This document shows positions 47,996-56,654 of a DNA stretch of 64,000 bases, one piece after another (the stretch's first letter is position 1; every line of letters begins with the position of its first letter). Under the pieces are notes generated by a model. It saw only the letters and a program-made list of their open reading frames with translations, had not been told where the DNA came from and ran no database searches. Where the stretch lies: assembly GCA_012837615.1 (NCBI GenBank), contig DUQX01000037.1, positions 76 to 64,075 on the forward strand. The letters are read 5' to 3'. The position numbers and the translations under genes are program-made. Source of the stretch: Bacillota bacterium. Its GTDB lineage: Bacteria > Bacillota > Dethiobacteria > DTU022 > UBA8154.

Positions 47996-48535
47996 TTATT
48001 GAATAAGACCCATTTTAAGAAGCCGGCGCCTTACGGCCAGACTGAAGCCCGCAGCTGCAATAGCTTTTAATAAATCCATTGGAAGAAAGGGTAGTATGCC
48101 AAGCAAGATGGCCTGGTAAAGGTTGAGCCCGGAAATAATTGCCAGCTGTAGTGTTCCTAAAGAATAGATGGCGCCAATGCAGATAATCATTCCGGCGACC
48201 ATTGAAAAATAGGACCCCCGTCTCTCGATGAATTTGCCCAGCAGGTAGCTTCCTGGGATAAATCCCCAGATATAGCCACCGCTTGGCCCCAACAGCATAT
48301 GCAGCCCGCCTTGAGCAAAAGAGAAAACAGGGAAGCCGATGGCACCGATGAAGATATAAGTTAGCATAGAAACGGCACCCCAGCGCCCTCCAAGGATAGC
48401 TCCAGCGAGAAAGACACCGAATGTCTGCCCAGTAATGGGAACCGGGCTGAAAGGTACGGGAATTGATATCTGTGCAAGTATGGCTATAATGGCAGCAAAA
48501 AGGCCGCATAAAATAATATATTTTGTTGGTAGCAT
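47996..48535 (-). CDS. bioY: Biotin ECF-transporter S component
   Basis: 179 aa with 'PVPITGQTFGVFLAGAILG', typical of BioY. It lies downstream of birA. Confidence 0.9.
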   Translation of the reverse strand: MLPTKYIILCGLFAAIIAILAQISIPVPFSPVPITGQTFGVFLAGAILGGRWGAVSMLTYIFIGAIGFPVFSFAQGGLHMLLGPSGGYIWGFIPGSYLLGKFIERRGSYFSMVAGMIICIGAIYSLGTLQLAIISGLNLYQAILLGILPFLPMDLLKAIAAAGFSLAVRRRLLKMGLIQ

Positions 48536-48550
48536 TCTATACCCTCATTA

Positions 48551-48586
48551 TTTACTAAATATTATTTCACTTTTTTAAATAGTAAA
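48551..48586. repeat. 7-bp inverted repeat TTTACTA-N22-TAGTAAA just upstream of the bioY SD
   Basis: Read directly. The function is unknown. The arm orientation and spacing do not fit the BirA half-site arrangement seen at 49714-49743. Confidence 0.3.
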
Positions 48587-48680
48587 CCACCTGAGGCAGC
48601 GCTAAAGTTATCATGCGAGCCTTCACGGCCCAATTATACAATTTTAATTATATATCAATCCTTTGCTATTTCTCTTAATG

Positions 48681-49664
48681 CTACACCAACGTCACCTCCC
48701 CTGCCTGGAACTGTCTTTTTTTTCCTCCCACCTCCTCAAGGATCAGGGATCCATCTGCAGCGAGATCTACTGCTGTTCCAATGAAAGTGTCCTTGATTGT
48801 TTTAACTGTAATTTTTCGGCCAAGGGTAATATCAAATTTTTTCCATTCTTTAATAATAAAAGCGGGGTTTTCTAAAAAATATCTCCGGTAAGCGTCATCC
48901 AGTTCTTGAAGGATTTCGCATAAAAGTTGCTGACGGGAAATCTTTGTTTTGTTGTTTTCCAAAAAAAGGGACGTGGCAATATTTCGTAATTCCGGGGGAA
49001 AATCTTTTTCTTCGGAGTTTATATTTATTCCAATTCCAATGATCAAGTAGTGGAGGAGATCAGCTTCTGCTTTAAGTTCTGTGAGAATACCAGAAACCTT
49101 GCGTTTGTTTATCATCAGATCATTAGGCCACTTAATTCCTACAGAAATATCCGGCAAGATATTCTTTATGCCCCGGACTATAGCTGCTGCGGTCATAAGA
49201 GTAAACAAAGGTGTATTGCCGGGTGCCAGGGAAGGCCTTAATAAAATTGAAAGTGTAATGCTTTTACCTGCAGGAGAAAACCAAGAGCGACCCAGCCTTC
49301 CTCTTCCGGCAGTTTGCTCTTCGGCAATTACTACCGTTCCATCAGCTGCTCCCTGGTCTGCCAGTTTTTTTAGGGAGGTATTGGTGGAATCTACCTGTAA
49401 GAAGTGATAAATCAATTCCGGTCCGGAGGCGATAATTTTTGTCTTTAATCCCTTTAATATTTCGGCAGGGTATAAAAGGTCAGGTACTCTGACGAGACGG
49501 TAGCCCAGACGCGGGCTGCTTTCAATATGGTAACCGTCTAATAGCAGGGACTGTATGTTTTTCCAGATAGCTGTGCGACTAACGCCCAGCATGCGCGCCA
49601 TCTCTTCACCGGAGAAGTAACCAGAACTATTATCTCTAAGTAGCTGTAAAATCTTCTGCCGCAT
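48681..49664 (-). CDS. birA: Bifunctional biotin-[acetyl-CoA-carboxylase] ligase / biotin operon repressor
   Basis: N-terminal wHTH ('FSGEEMARMLGVSRTAIWKNIQSL') and ligase motif 'GRGRLGRSW'. Confidence 0.93.
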   Translation of the reverse strand: MRQKILQLLRDNSSGYFSGEEMARMLGVSRTAIWKNIQSLLLDGYHIESSPRLGYRLVRVPDLLYPAEILKGLKTKIIASGPELIYHFLQVDSTNTSLKKLADQGAADGTVVIAEEQTAGRGRLGRSWFSPAGKSITLSILLRPSLAPGNTPLFTLMTAAAIVRGIKNILPDISVGIKWPNDLMINKRKVSGILTELKAEADLLHYLIIGIGININSEEKDFPPELRNIATSLFLENNKTKISRQQLLCEILQELDDAYRRYFLENPAFIIKEWKKFDITLGRKITVKTIKDTFIGTAVDLAADGSLILEEVGGKKRQFQAGEVTLV

Positions 49665-49690
49665 TGGCTTCTACCCCTTAGCATTCCTCT

Positions 49691-49719
49691 ATGATATATA
49701 AATTATAATGAAATGTCAA
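49691..49719 (-). promoter_or_regulatory. birA-bioY promoter (TTGACA-17-TATCAT)
   Basis: On the minus strand, TTGACA (49719-49714), a 17-nt spacer, and TATCAT (49696-49691). The -35 element lies inside the operator half-site. Confidence 0.5.
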
Positions 49720-49743
49720 CTACAAATAACAAATAAGTTAACG
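49714..49743. promoter_or_regulatory. BirA operator candidate TGTCAAC-N16-GTTAACG
   Basis: Matches the Firmicute bioO architecture as I recall it (TGTTAAC-N16-GTTAACA), with 5 of 7 arm positions symmetric. It lies 50 nt upstream of birA and overlaps the -35. Confidence 0.55.
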
Positions 49744-50159
49744 AAAACATTACACCGGCTATAACAACTAATAACCAGGCCATGGAGATTGCAATCCTGA
49801 CAATAATGATAGCGTCTGTTTAGTTTCAGGATGTTCAGGGCTGGAAGAGGACACATGCTTGTCTGGCTACAAACCGGAACCGGTTAATTCTCTTATCCGA
49901 TTAGCGGTACCGGGGCAATGCTTAATTATTTTTAGGAGGAAAGAAGAGCCCTGATGTTGAATTGTGTATAGGGACAATTAATCCAAGAACTGAGCAACGA
50001 GGCATCTTTGGTTAAATATGGAAGGGTATATTTAAAGGTGTTTTTATGGGATATGGTTAACTGTTATCGTTCACCTTATTATGCCGGTTATGCCGGCTGA
50101 TTATTTCTTCCTAGCCTGCTTTTTTGGAAGTAATAATTATTCTGAAAGGGAACACGACA

Positions 50160-51725
50160 TTGAAGATCATGAACAATTATTGGGCAGTGATCAATCTCCA
50201 CGTTAGAAAACTGCCTATTCTTTTTAAAAGTGTATTAGTAGGCATATTGGCAGGTATAGTTGTTTGCGCTTACCGCTATACTTTGATTGTAGCGGAAGAA
50301 TGGTCTTTACGGTTTTATAGCACATTGCAGGGGCATTTACAGGCCATTCCCCTGGCATTTTTAACTTTGGGGGCTATTGGATACGGGGTGGGGCTCCTGG
50401 TATCCCGCTATAATATGATTAGCGGCAGCGGTATCCCTCAGGTTAGCGGTGTAATCCAGGGATATTTCCGCCAGAATTGGCTAAGTACTCTGCTGGCAAA
50501 GTTTTTTGGTGGAGCGCTTTCAATTTTAGCCGGCCTTTCTTTAGGAAGGGAAGGCCCTTCCATTCAGCTGGGTGCCTGTACTGCCCAGGGATTGGGAGAT
50601 CGTTTGGCATCTTCTAAAACAGAAAAGAAAATCCTCATCGCCAGCGGTGCCAGTGCCGGTTTGTCGGCAGCCTTCAATGCACCCCTGGCTGGAGCAATAT
50701 TTGCTGTGGAAGAGATTTTCAAATATTTTTCTCCTATGGTTTTATTATCTACGATGGCCTCTGCCATGGCGGCGGATTATGTTTCCAAAATAAAGTTCGG
50801 AATGAGTCCGATTTTTCCTTTCGGGCTGGAAGAGATTCAGTTGGACTGTTACTGGCTATTGATTTTGCTGGGTGTTTTGGTTGGCGCTGCCGGGGCTTTT
50901 TATAACCGTGCCTTGGTCATAACACAGAAGCTTTATAAGAAGATACCGTTGCTCAACGTTCGGACGCGTCTTCTAGTGCCTTTTCTATTAGCCGGGGCTA
51001 TCGGTTTGCTGTTCCCTCTTGCCCTGGGAGGAGGACATCAAATCATTGGCCAATTGCATGTTTCTACAAATCTTACCTTTTTGCTGCTCCTTCTGGTCGT
51101 CAAGTTTCTTTTTTCCATAATTAGCTTCGGTTCCGGCGCGCCGGGCGGGATCTTTTTCCCTATGCTAATAATAGGAGCTACTATAGGTGCTATATTTGGT
51201 AATCTGGCCGTTCTTTGGGCTGGAATCGATCCGGCAATTTTTGGAAACTGGGTTGTCCTGGCTATGGCCGGTTATTTTACCGCTATTGTCCGGGCTCCTA
51301 TAACGGGTATAGTTCTTCTTGTGGAAATGACGGGTTCTTTGAGCCATTTGCTTCCTTTGACTGTAGTAACTATCGTGTCGTATGTAACCGCCGATTTGTT
51401 TAAGAGTAAACCTATCTATGAGTATCTGCTGGAAAACCAAATCGAAGAGCTCAAGATTCCATTGGAAAAGTATGACGCAGGTCACAGAATTATTGTAGAA
51501 ACTATCGTGCATTATGGATCTTTTGCGGAGAACAAAAAAGTTTATGAGATAGATCTTCCGCATAATTGCCTGTTGATTTCTATTCGACGCCATGGGCAGG
51601 ACATTATCCCCCGGGGAGATACCCGGATTCGTGCACAGGATTATTTGATTGTTCTTACCAGTATCAATGATGAAGCCCGCGTAAGGGAGAATCTCGACCG
51701 CATTACATTAGCTGGTAGCTCTTGA
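50160..51725 (+). CDS. ClC-family chloride channel / H+-Cl- antiporter with a C-terminal TrkA-C (RCK_C) domain
   Basis: Selectivity motifs 'GSGIPQ', 'GREGP' and 'GIFFPM', with a C-terminal 'RIIVETIV...DYLIVLTS' RCK_C-like module. The start is TTG 50160 (7 nt after AAAGGGAA) or ATG 50169. Confidence 0.88.
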   Translation: MKIMNNYWAVINLHVRKLPILFKSVLVGILAGIVVCAYRYTLIVAEEWSLRFYSTLQGHLQAIPLAFLTLGAIGYGVGLLVSRYNMISGSGIPQVSGVIQGYFRQNWLSTLLAKFFGGALSILAGLSLGREGPSIQLGACTAQGLGDRLASSKTEKKILIASGASAGLSAAFNAPLAGAIFAVEEIFKYFSPMVLLSTMASAMAADYVSKIKFGMSPIFPFGLEEIQLDCYWLLILLGVLVGAAGAFYNRALVITQKLYKKIPLLNVRTRLLVPFLLAGAIGLLFPLALGGGHQIIGQLHVSTNLTFLLLLLVVKFLFSIISFGSGAPGGIFFPMLIIGATIGAIFGNLAVLWAGIDPAIFGNWVVLAMAGYFTAIVRAPITGIVLLVEMTGSLSHLLPLTVVTIVSYVTADLFKSKPIYEYLLENQIEELKIPLEKYDAGHRIIVETIVHYGSFAENKKVYEIDLPHNCLLISIRRHGQDIIPRGDTRIRAQDYLIVLTSINDEARVRENLDRITLAGSS

Positions 51726-51857
51726 TTTTTTGCAGTAAGGATGGAAAATGTTTAAATGTCTTTTAAATGGTAGCAGTATCCGAAAAATGATTTTATTGTA
51801 AGTATAAGGGCTAATTGAAAATAATAATTAGAGTACGTTTTTTGTTTCCCCCAGGTG

Positions 51858-51866
51858 TGGTATAAT
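51858..51866 (+). promoter_or_regulatory. Extended -10 promoter (TGgTATAAT) upstream of valS
   Basis: TGG plus TATAAT at 51858-51866, with a poor -35 (T-run). It implies a leader of about 165 nt. Confidence 0.45.
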
Positions 51867-52038
51867 CACATAAAAAGGAAAATAAAGAATGGTTGAAAAG
51901 GTTGTTGGATAATATCAAGAGTTGCTTTTTGGGATATAACAATCTTGAAGTTGACTTTATTTATTGGGGATTGTAAGATAAAAAAAGTAGATTTAGGTAA
52001 GAATATGCAGTGTAATTATCAGAGAAAGGAATTTTAGG

Positions 52039-54684
52039 ATGACTGTTAACCTTCCACCCGTTTACGAACCCAAAGAGGTTGAGGACAAGATCTATCAATT
52101 CTGGCTGGAAAATAATTATTTTTATGCCGCCAGGGAAGAAGGAAAAAAAACATTTACTATAGTTATTCCCCCGCCCAATGTTACAGGTTCTTTGCATATG
52201 GGACACGCCCTGGACAATACCATTCAGGATGTTCTGATCAGGTGGAAGCGGATGCAGGGTTATGATACCCTGTGGCTTCCCGGTACGGATCATGCCGGCA
52301 TTGCCACTCAAAATAAAGTTGAAGAACATTTAGCTTCTGAAGGCCTTTCGCGTTATGATGTCGGCAGAGAAAAATTTCTCCAAATGGTCTGGGAGTGGAA
52401 AGAGGAGTATCATGGGCGCATCCTGAAACAGCTTTATAAGCTGGGAGTTTCCTGTGATTGGTCCCGCGAGCGGTTTACGCTGGACGAGGGCTGTTCGAAG
52501 GCAGTGCGTGAGGTGTTCGTTTCACTTTATGAGCAAGGCCTGATTTACAGGGGGGACTATATGATAAATTGGTGTCCCCGCTGTCATACCGCCATTTCGG
52601 ATATAGAGGTAGAACACGAAGAAAAGTCCTCCACGCTGACGCATATTCGTTATCCGGGAGTTGATTGGGCTGGCTCCATTGTTGTTGCAACGACAAGACC
52701 GGAAACGATGCTGGGTGATACCGCTGTAGCCGTTCATCCCGAAGATGATCGCTACCGGCACCTTGTTGGAAAAAAGGTTATGCTGCCTTTAATGAACAGG
52801 GAAATACCTATTATAGCCGATGAATATGTGGATCCTTCATTTGGTTCGGGGGCTGTAAAGATAACCCCTGCCCATGATCCCAACGACTTTGAAATAGGTC
52901 TCAGGCATGATCTGGAGGCAATTAAAGCTATTGGCGATGATGGAAATATGACCCCGGAGATGGGGGAGTATGCCGGTATGGATCGTCATGAGGCGCGCGA
53001 AAGAGTTGTTAAAGATTTACAAAAGCTCGGTCTGGTGGAAAAAATCGAGGATTATTCTCATTCTGTGGGTCACTGCCAGCGTTGCAATACAGAAATTGAG
53101 CCTCTTGTTTCTTTGCAGTGGTTTGTAAAGATGAAACCACTGGCCGAACCGGCGATAAAAGTTGTCAAGGAAGGGAAAACCCGGTTTATTCCGGAACGTT
53201 TTACACGAACTTACCTTAACTGGATGGAAAATATCAGGGATTGGTGTATTTCACGCCAGATCTGGTGGGGACACCGTATTCCGGCATGGTACTGTTCCTG
53301 TGGAGAGATGATTGTTTCCAGAACAGATCCGGAGCGCTGTCCTGCCTGCGGCGGCGGTGATCTCGAGCAGGATCCCGATGTCCTTGATACCTGGTTTAGT
53401 TCTGCTCTCTGGCCTTTTTCTACTCTGGGATGGCCGGATAAAACTCCTGATTTGGAGCATTATTTTCCTACTAATGTCCTGGTTACCGGTTATGATATCA
53501 TTTCTTTCTGGGTCGCGCGAATGATATTTATGTCCATGGCTTTCATGAAAGATATACCTTTTGAAGAAGTCTGTGTCCATGGGCTGGTTCGAGATGCTCT
53601 AGGCAGAAAAATGAGCAAATCACTTGGGAATGGGGTTGACCCCCTGGAAGTAATCGATAAATTCGGTGCCGATACTTTGCGCTTTACCCTTATTACCGGT
53701 CAGGCGCCCGGTAATGATCAGCGCTTTAGATATGAAAATGTTGAGGCCAGCCGTAATTTTGCTAACAAGATTTGGAATGCTTCACGTTTCGTGCTCATGA
53801 ATTTAGAAGATTTTCGACCGCAAGGGTTACCTGCTGATTTAAACCGCCATCAACGCTGGATTCTGGATCGCTATGTAGATACTGTTGAACAAACAAATAT
53901 GCTTCTTGAAAAATATGAGCTAGGCGAAGCTGCCAAAACCGTATATGAATTTATCTGGGGAGATTTTTGTGATTGGTTTATTGAATTGAGCAAGGTACCC
54001 CTATACGGTAAAGATGGCCCGGAAAAAGAAAAATCAAAGGCGGTGCTTTACTATGTGCTTGAAGGGACTATGCGGCTCTTACATCCTTTTATGCCGTTTA
54101 TTTCCGAGGAAATATGGCAGCACCTGCCACGCAAGGGTAAAGATAAAGCGTTGATAACATCTTCATGGCCAAAACCTGAGGGAAATCTTTCAGACAAGCA
54201 GGCGAGGATGGAGATGAATCTGGTAATGCAAGTTATCAGGGCAATTCGCAACCTGCGCAGCGAAATAGGTTTCCCTGTGGGGAAAAAAGCTGCCGTGATT
54301 TTAAGGGCTCCAGCCAAATATCTTAGGCTTTTATATCAGGAAGAGGTTTTTATAAAAAAACTGGCCTGGGCTGAAGGGGTGACTTTTATTGACACTATTG
54401 CAAAGAAACCGCCCCAGGCGCTTACTGCCATTGTTGATGAAATAGAAGTATACCTTCCCCTGGGAGGAATTATTGATCTAGAGCAGGAAATATCCAGGCT
54501 GGAAAAAGAATTGCAGGGTGTTGAGAAAGATCTGAAGAAGGTAGTTGCCAAGCTTTCCAACGATAACTTTTTAAAAAAAGCCCCGGGGAATATAATAGAA
54601 AAAGAAAAAAATAAGCACGATGAACTGGATTCCAAACGTAAAAAACTTACCACAAGAATGACCGAATTAAAGAAACTGCTGTAA
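52039..54684 (+). CDS. valS: Valyl-tRNA synthetase
   Basis: 'PPPNVTGSLHMGHA' (HIGH), 'KMSKSLGN' (KMSKS), and a C-terminal coiled coil. Confidence 0.98.
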   Translation: MTVNLPPVYEPKEVEDKIYQFWLENNYFYAAREEGKKTFTIVIPPPNVTGSLHMGHALDNTIQDVLIRWKRMQGYDTLWLPGTDHAGIATQNKVEEHLASEGLSRYDVGREKFLQMVWEWKEEYHGRILKQLYKLGVSCDWSRERFTLDEGCSKAVREVFVSLYEQGLIYRGDYMINWCPRCHTAISDIEVEHEEKSSTLTHIRYPGVDWAGSIVVATTRPETMLGDTAVAVHPEDDRYRHLVGKKVMLPLMNREIPIIADEYVDPSFGSGAVKITPAHDPNDFEIGLRHDLEAIKAIGDDGNMTPEMGEYAGMDRHEARERVVKDLQKLGLVEKIEDYSHSVGHCQRCNTEIEPLVSLQWFVKMKPLAEPAIKVVKEGKTRFIPERFTRTYLNWMENIRDWCISRQIWWGHRIPAWYCSCGEMIVSRTDPERCPACGGGDLEQDPDVLDTWFSSALWPFSTLGWPDKTPDLEHYFPTNVLVTGYDIISFWVARMIFMSMAFMKDIPFEEVCVHGLVRDALGRKMSKSLGNGVDPLEVIDKFGADTLRFTLITGQAPGNDQRFRYENVEASRNFANKIWNASRFVLMNLEDFRPQGLPADLNRHQRWILDRYVDTVEQTNMLLEKYELGEAAKTVYEFIWGDFCDWFIELSKVPLYGKDGPEKEKSKAVLYYVLEGTMRLLHPFMPFISEEIWQHLPRKGKDKALITSSWPKPEGNLSDKQARMEMNLVMQVIRAIRNLRSEIGFPVGKKAAVILRAPAKYLRLLYQEEVFIKKLAWAEGVTFIDTIAKKPPQALTAIVDEIEVYLPLGGIIDLEQEISRLEKELQGVEKDLKKVVAKLSNDNFLKKAPGNIIEKEKNKHDELDSKRKKLTTRMTELKKLL

Positions 54685-54726
54685 AGCATCGAACTGCCGC
54701 AGGGCGTCACATAGATGAAAAAGCCT

Positions 54727-54747
54727 GACAGAGAACCGTCTCTTGTC
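54727..54747 (+). repeat. Hairpin 1 of a twin-hairpin pair in the valS-folC spacer
   Basis: GACAGAGA-ACCG-TCTCTTGTC forms 8 bp with one bulge. Confidence 0.6.
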
Positions 54748-54768
54748 GTTTTATCATCACCAGACATT

Positions 54769-54793
54769 GTGACAGGGAACCGTTCCCTGTCAC
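54769..54793 (+). repeat. Hairpin 2 / near-perfect 12-bp-arm palindrome in the valS-folC spacer
   Basis: GTGACAGGGAAC-C-GTTCCCTGTCAC. It shares the core GACAGrGAACCGTyyC(T)TGTC with hairpin 1. Confidence 0.65.
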
Positions 54794-54835
54794 ACACATT
54801 GTTACGGGAAAATACATGGCTGGGGGGAATGCTCA

Positions 54836-56152
54836 TTGGATTACGAAGAGGCTCTTTCCTGGATTCACAGTATAGGCAGGTTTGGTATGAACCTGGGATT
54901 GGCGAGAATAGAAAAACTGCTGCGCGAACTGGGGAATCCCCATGAAAAACTGAAATTTTTGCACATTGGCGGTACAAACGGTAAAGGTTCAACAGCGTCT
55001 TTTGCCGCATCAATCCTAGAATCAAGCGGTTACAGGGTGGGCCTCTATACCTCTCCTTATTTAGAACAATTTACCAACCGCATGTCTATTAACGGGGTAG
55101 ATATTTCCAGGGAAAGGCTGGTAGAGCTTGTAAACAGAGTAAAGCCCCTTGTGGAAACGATTGCCGCTAATCCGGATTACGGGCAGCCCACGGAATTTGA
55201 AGTGGTTACTGCTCTGGCGCTGGCATATTTTGCTGCGGAATCTCCTGATATCGTTATCCTTGAAGTAGGACTGGGGGGCAGGCTGGACGCCACAAACGTA
55301 GTCAAGCCTTTGGTTACTGCTATTTCGACCATAAGTCTGGAACATACACAGGTGTTGGGTAATACGGTTCAAGATATTGCCCTTGAAAAAGCGGGTATAA
55401 TAAAAGAGGGAAGTCCTGTGGTAACCCAGGCAAAGGATGAGGCTCTCAGCGTTTTGGAGGAGGCCTGCCGCAAGAAAAATGTACCGTTATTCAGCTTCGG
55501 CCGGGAATTTAGTGCTAGAAAGGTATCGGGGAACTTAAACGGCCAACTTTTCCATTACCGCGGGATTGGTCATACCTTGCATAATTTGCGTATATCCCTG
55601 CTGGGGGATTACCAGATTAAGAATGCGTCTCTAGCCCTGGCTGCTACGGAACTGCTGATAGAAAAGGGTTTTATTATACCGGAAGAAGCAATTCGCAACG
55701 GTTTAGCCGGTGCCAGGTGGCCCGGCCGTCTGGAAATTGTGCGCCGCTCGCCGCTGGTAGTAATCGATGGCGCTCATAACGCAGAAGCATTTCAGGGCCT
55801 GCGCAATGCACTGCAGAATACTTTTGCTTACCGTCGTTTGATCCTTGTTTTGGGCATTTTGGGTGATAAAGCGCTGGAAAATATTCTAGAAATAATCGTG
55901 CCGCTGGCGGATGCGCTTGTTATAACAAAGCCCAACAACCCACGTGCTGCTGAACCTGAGGATTTAAAAAAAATAGCCTGCAAAATGGTAAACGGACCCG
56001 TTTTTGTGGAGGAAAATATTCCCAAAGCGGTAAACCTGGCCATCACAATGGCTAGGTCACCGGATTTAGTCCTGGTGGCCGGGTCACTCTATGTTATCGG
56101 CGACGCCCGTCTTTTTTTAAAAAGGAAATCTGCTTCTCTACCCTTTATCTAG
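54836..56152 (+). CDS. folC: Folylpolyglutamate synthase / dihydrofolate synthase
   Basis: 'HIGGTNGKGST' P-loop and Mur-ligase organisation. TTG start 7 nt after GGGGGGA. Shows valS-folC synteny. Confidence 0.93.
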   Translation: MDYEEALSWIHSIGRFGMNLGLARIEKLLRELGNPHEKLKFLHIGGTNGKGSTASFAASILESSGYRVGLYTSPYLEQFTNRMSINGVDISRERLVELVNRVKPLVETIAANPDYGQPTEFEVVTALALAYFAAESPDIVILEVGLGGRLDATNVVKPLVTAISTISLEHTQVLGNTVQDIALEKAGIIKEGSPVVTQAKDEALSVLEEACRKKNVPLFSFGREFSARKVSGNLNGQLFHYRGIGHTLHNLRISLLGDYQIKNASLALAATELLIEKGFIIPEEAIRNGLAGARWPGRLEIVRRSPLVVIDGAHNAEAFQGLRNALQNTFAYRRLILVLGILGDKALENILEIIVPLADALVITKPNNPRAAEPEDLKKIACKMVNGPVFVEENIPKAVNLAITMARSPDLVLVAGSLYVIGDARLFLKRKSASLPFI

Positions 56153-56296
56153 CATATACGCTAGAAGCACAATTTCTTTGCCTTCTTTCCGGTCCATTTC
56201 GTGGTCCGGCTGGCTGTTTAAAAATTTTTCCGCTTGAATTATTTTCTGCAGTTCTTTTTCGGTCAGATTTGCGAAAGGTGCTTTTGACTTAATCAT
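56138..56296 (-). CDS. Small hypothetical protein (52 aa), not in the ORF track
   Basis: ATG 56296 lies 6 nt after AAAGGAGG. The product is 'MIKSKAPFANLTEKELQKIIQAEKFLNSQPDHEMDRKEGKEIVLLAYMLDKG'. Its 3' end overlaps the folC stop by 15 nt (convergent). Confidence 0.5.
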   Translation of the reverse strand: MIKSKAPFANLTEKELQKIIQAEKFLNSQPDHEMDRKEGKEIVLLAYMLDKG

Positions 56297-56462
56297 TGCA
56301 GACCTCCTTTTCGATTTATTATGTTAAAAAGGGATTGAATATATACATTAAAATAGGAAAGAGGGTTAAACTTATTAAGGAAATAAATTACCTTAGGGTA
56401 AAAAACAAGGCCTTGTTTCAGGTCTCAGTTCAAGGTTGTGAGCGATTAAGGAGGTAGGTTAT

Positions 56463-56654
56463 TTGAATTATGATGAGCATCTAACACCTGAAGAGGCTTC
56501 CCGCTATTTGCGCCTTTCCCTGGATACTGTATACAGGCTCATAAGACAGAATGAAATTGAAGCCATCAAAGAAGACAGGGTGTGGAAAATTAGACGCTCC
56601 GATCTGGAAGAGTTTACAGAATACCAGGGTGAAAGGGAGGAATTTCCCGATTAA
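56463..56654 (+). CDS. Excisionase-family (MerR-superfamily, HTH_17-like) DNA-binding protein
   Basis: 63 aa with 'LTPEEASRYLRLSLDTVYRLIRQNEIEAIKEDRVWKIRRSDLEEF'. TTG start after AAGGAGG. Confidence 0.75.
   Translation: MNYDEHLTPEEASRYLRLSLDTVYRLIRQNEIEAIKEDRVWKIRRSDLEEFTEYQGEREEFPD

Noticed and set aside
48015-48509. 164-aa alternative-frame ORF on the same strand as bioY
   Set aside because: It overlaps bioY out of frame. The product is Arg/Cys/His-rich and not membrane-like, whereas the BioY frame has the expected TM pattern.
48551-48586. TTTACTA-N22-TAGTAAA as the BirA operator
   Set aside because: The arm sequence resembles bioO half-sites, but the arms are everted relative to the known arrangement and the spacing is too long. 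The better candidate is at 49714-49743. I kept this only as an unexplained repeat.
49744-50159. Fluoride (crcB-motif) or c-di-AMP riboswitch upstream of the ClC gene
   Set aside because: I could not find the conserved cores by eye. In addition, the channel has a TrkA-C domain rather than the features of fluoride-specific ClC-F proteins. A covariance-model scan would be needed to reopen this.
54685-54835. THF riboswitch in front of folC
   Set aside because: The genomic context is right, and a short GUCACACA stretch resembles part of a known THF aptamer. However, I could not align the conserved junction and pseudoknot nucleotides. I report the region as an unexplained twin hairpin instead.
54336-55025. 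229-aa minus-strand ORF spanning the valS-folC junction
   Set aside because: The product is Ser/Phe-rich and low-complexity. It is antisense to two strongly supported genes and has no SD.
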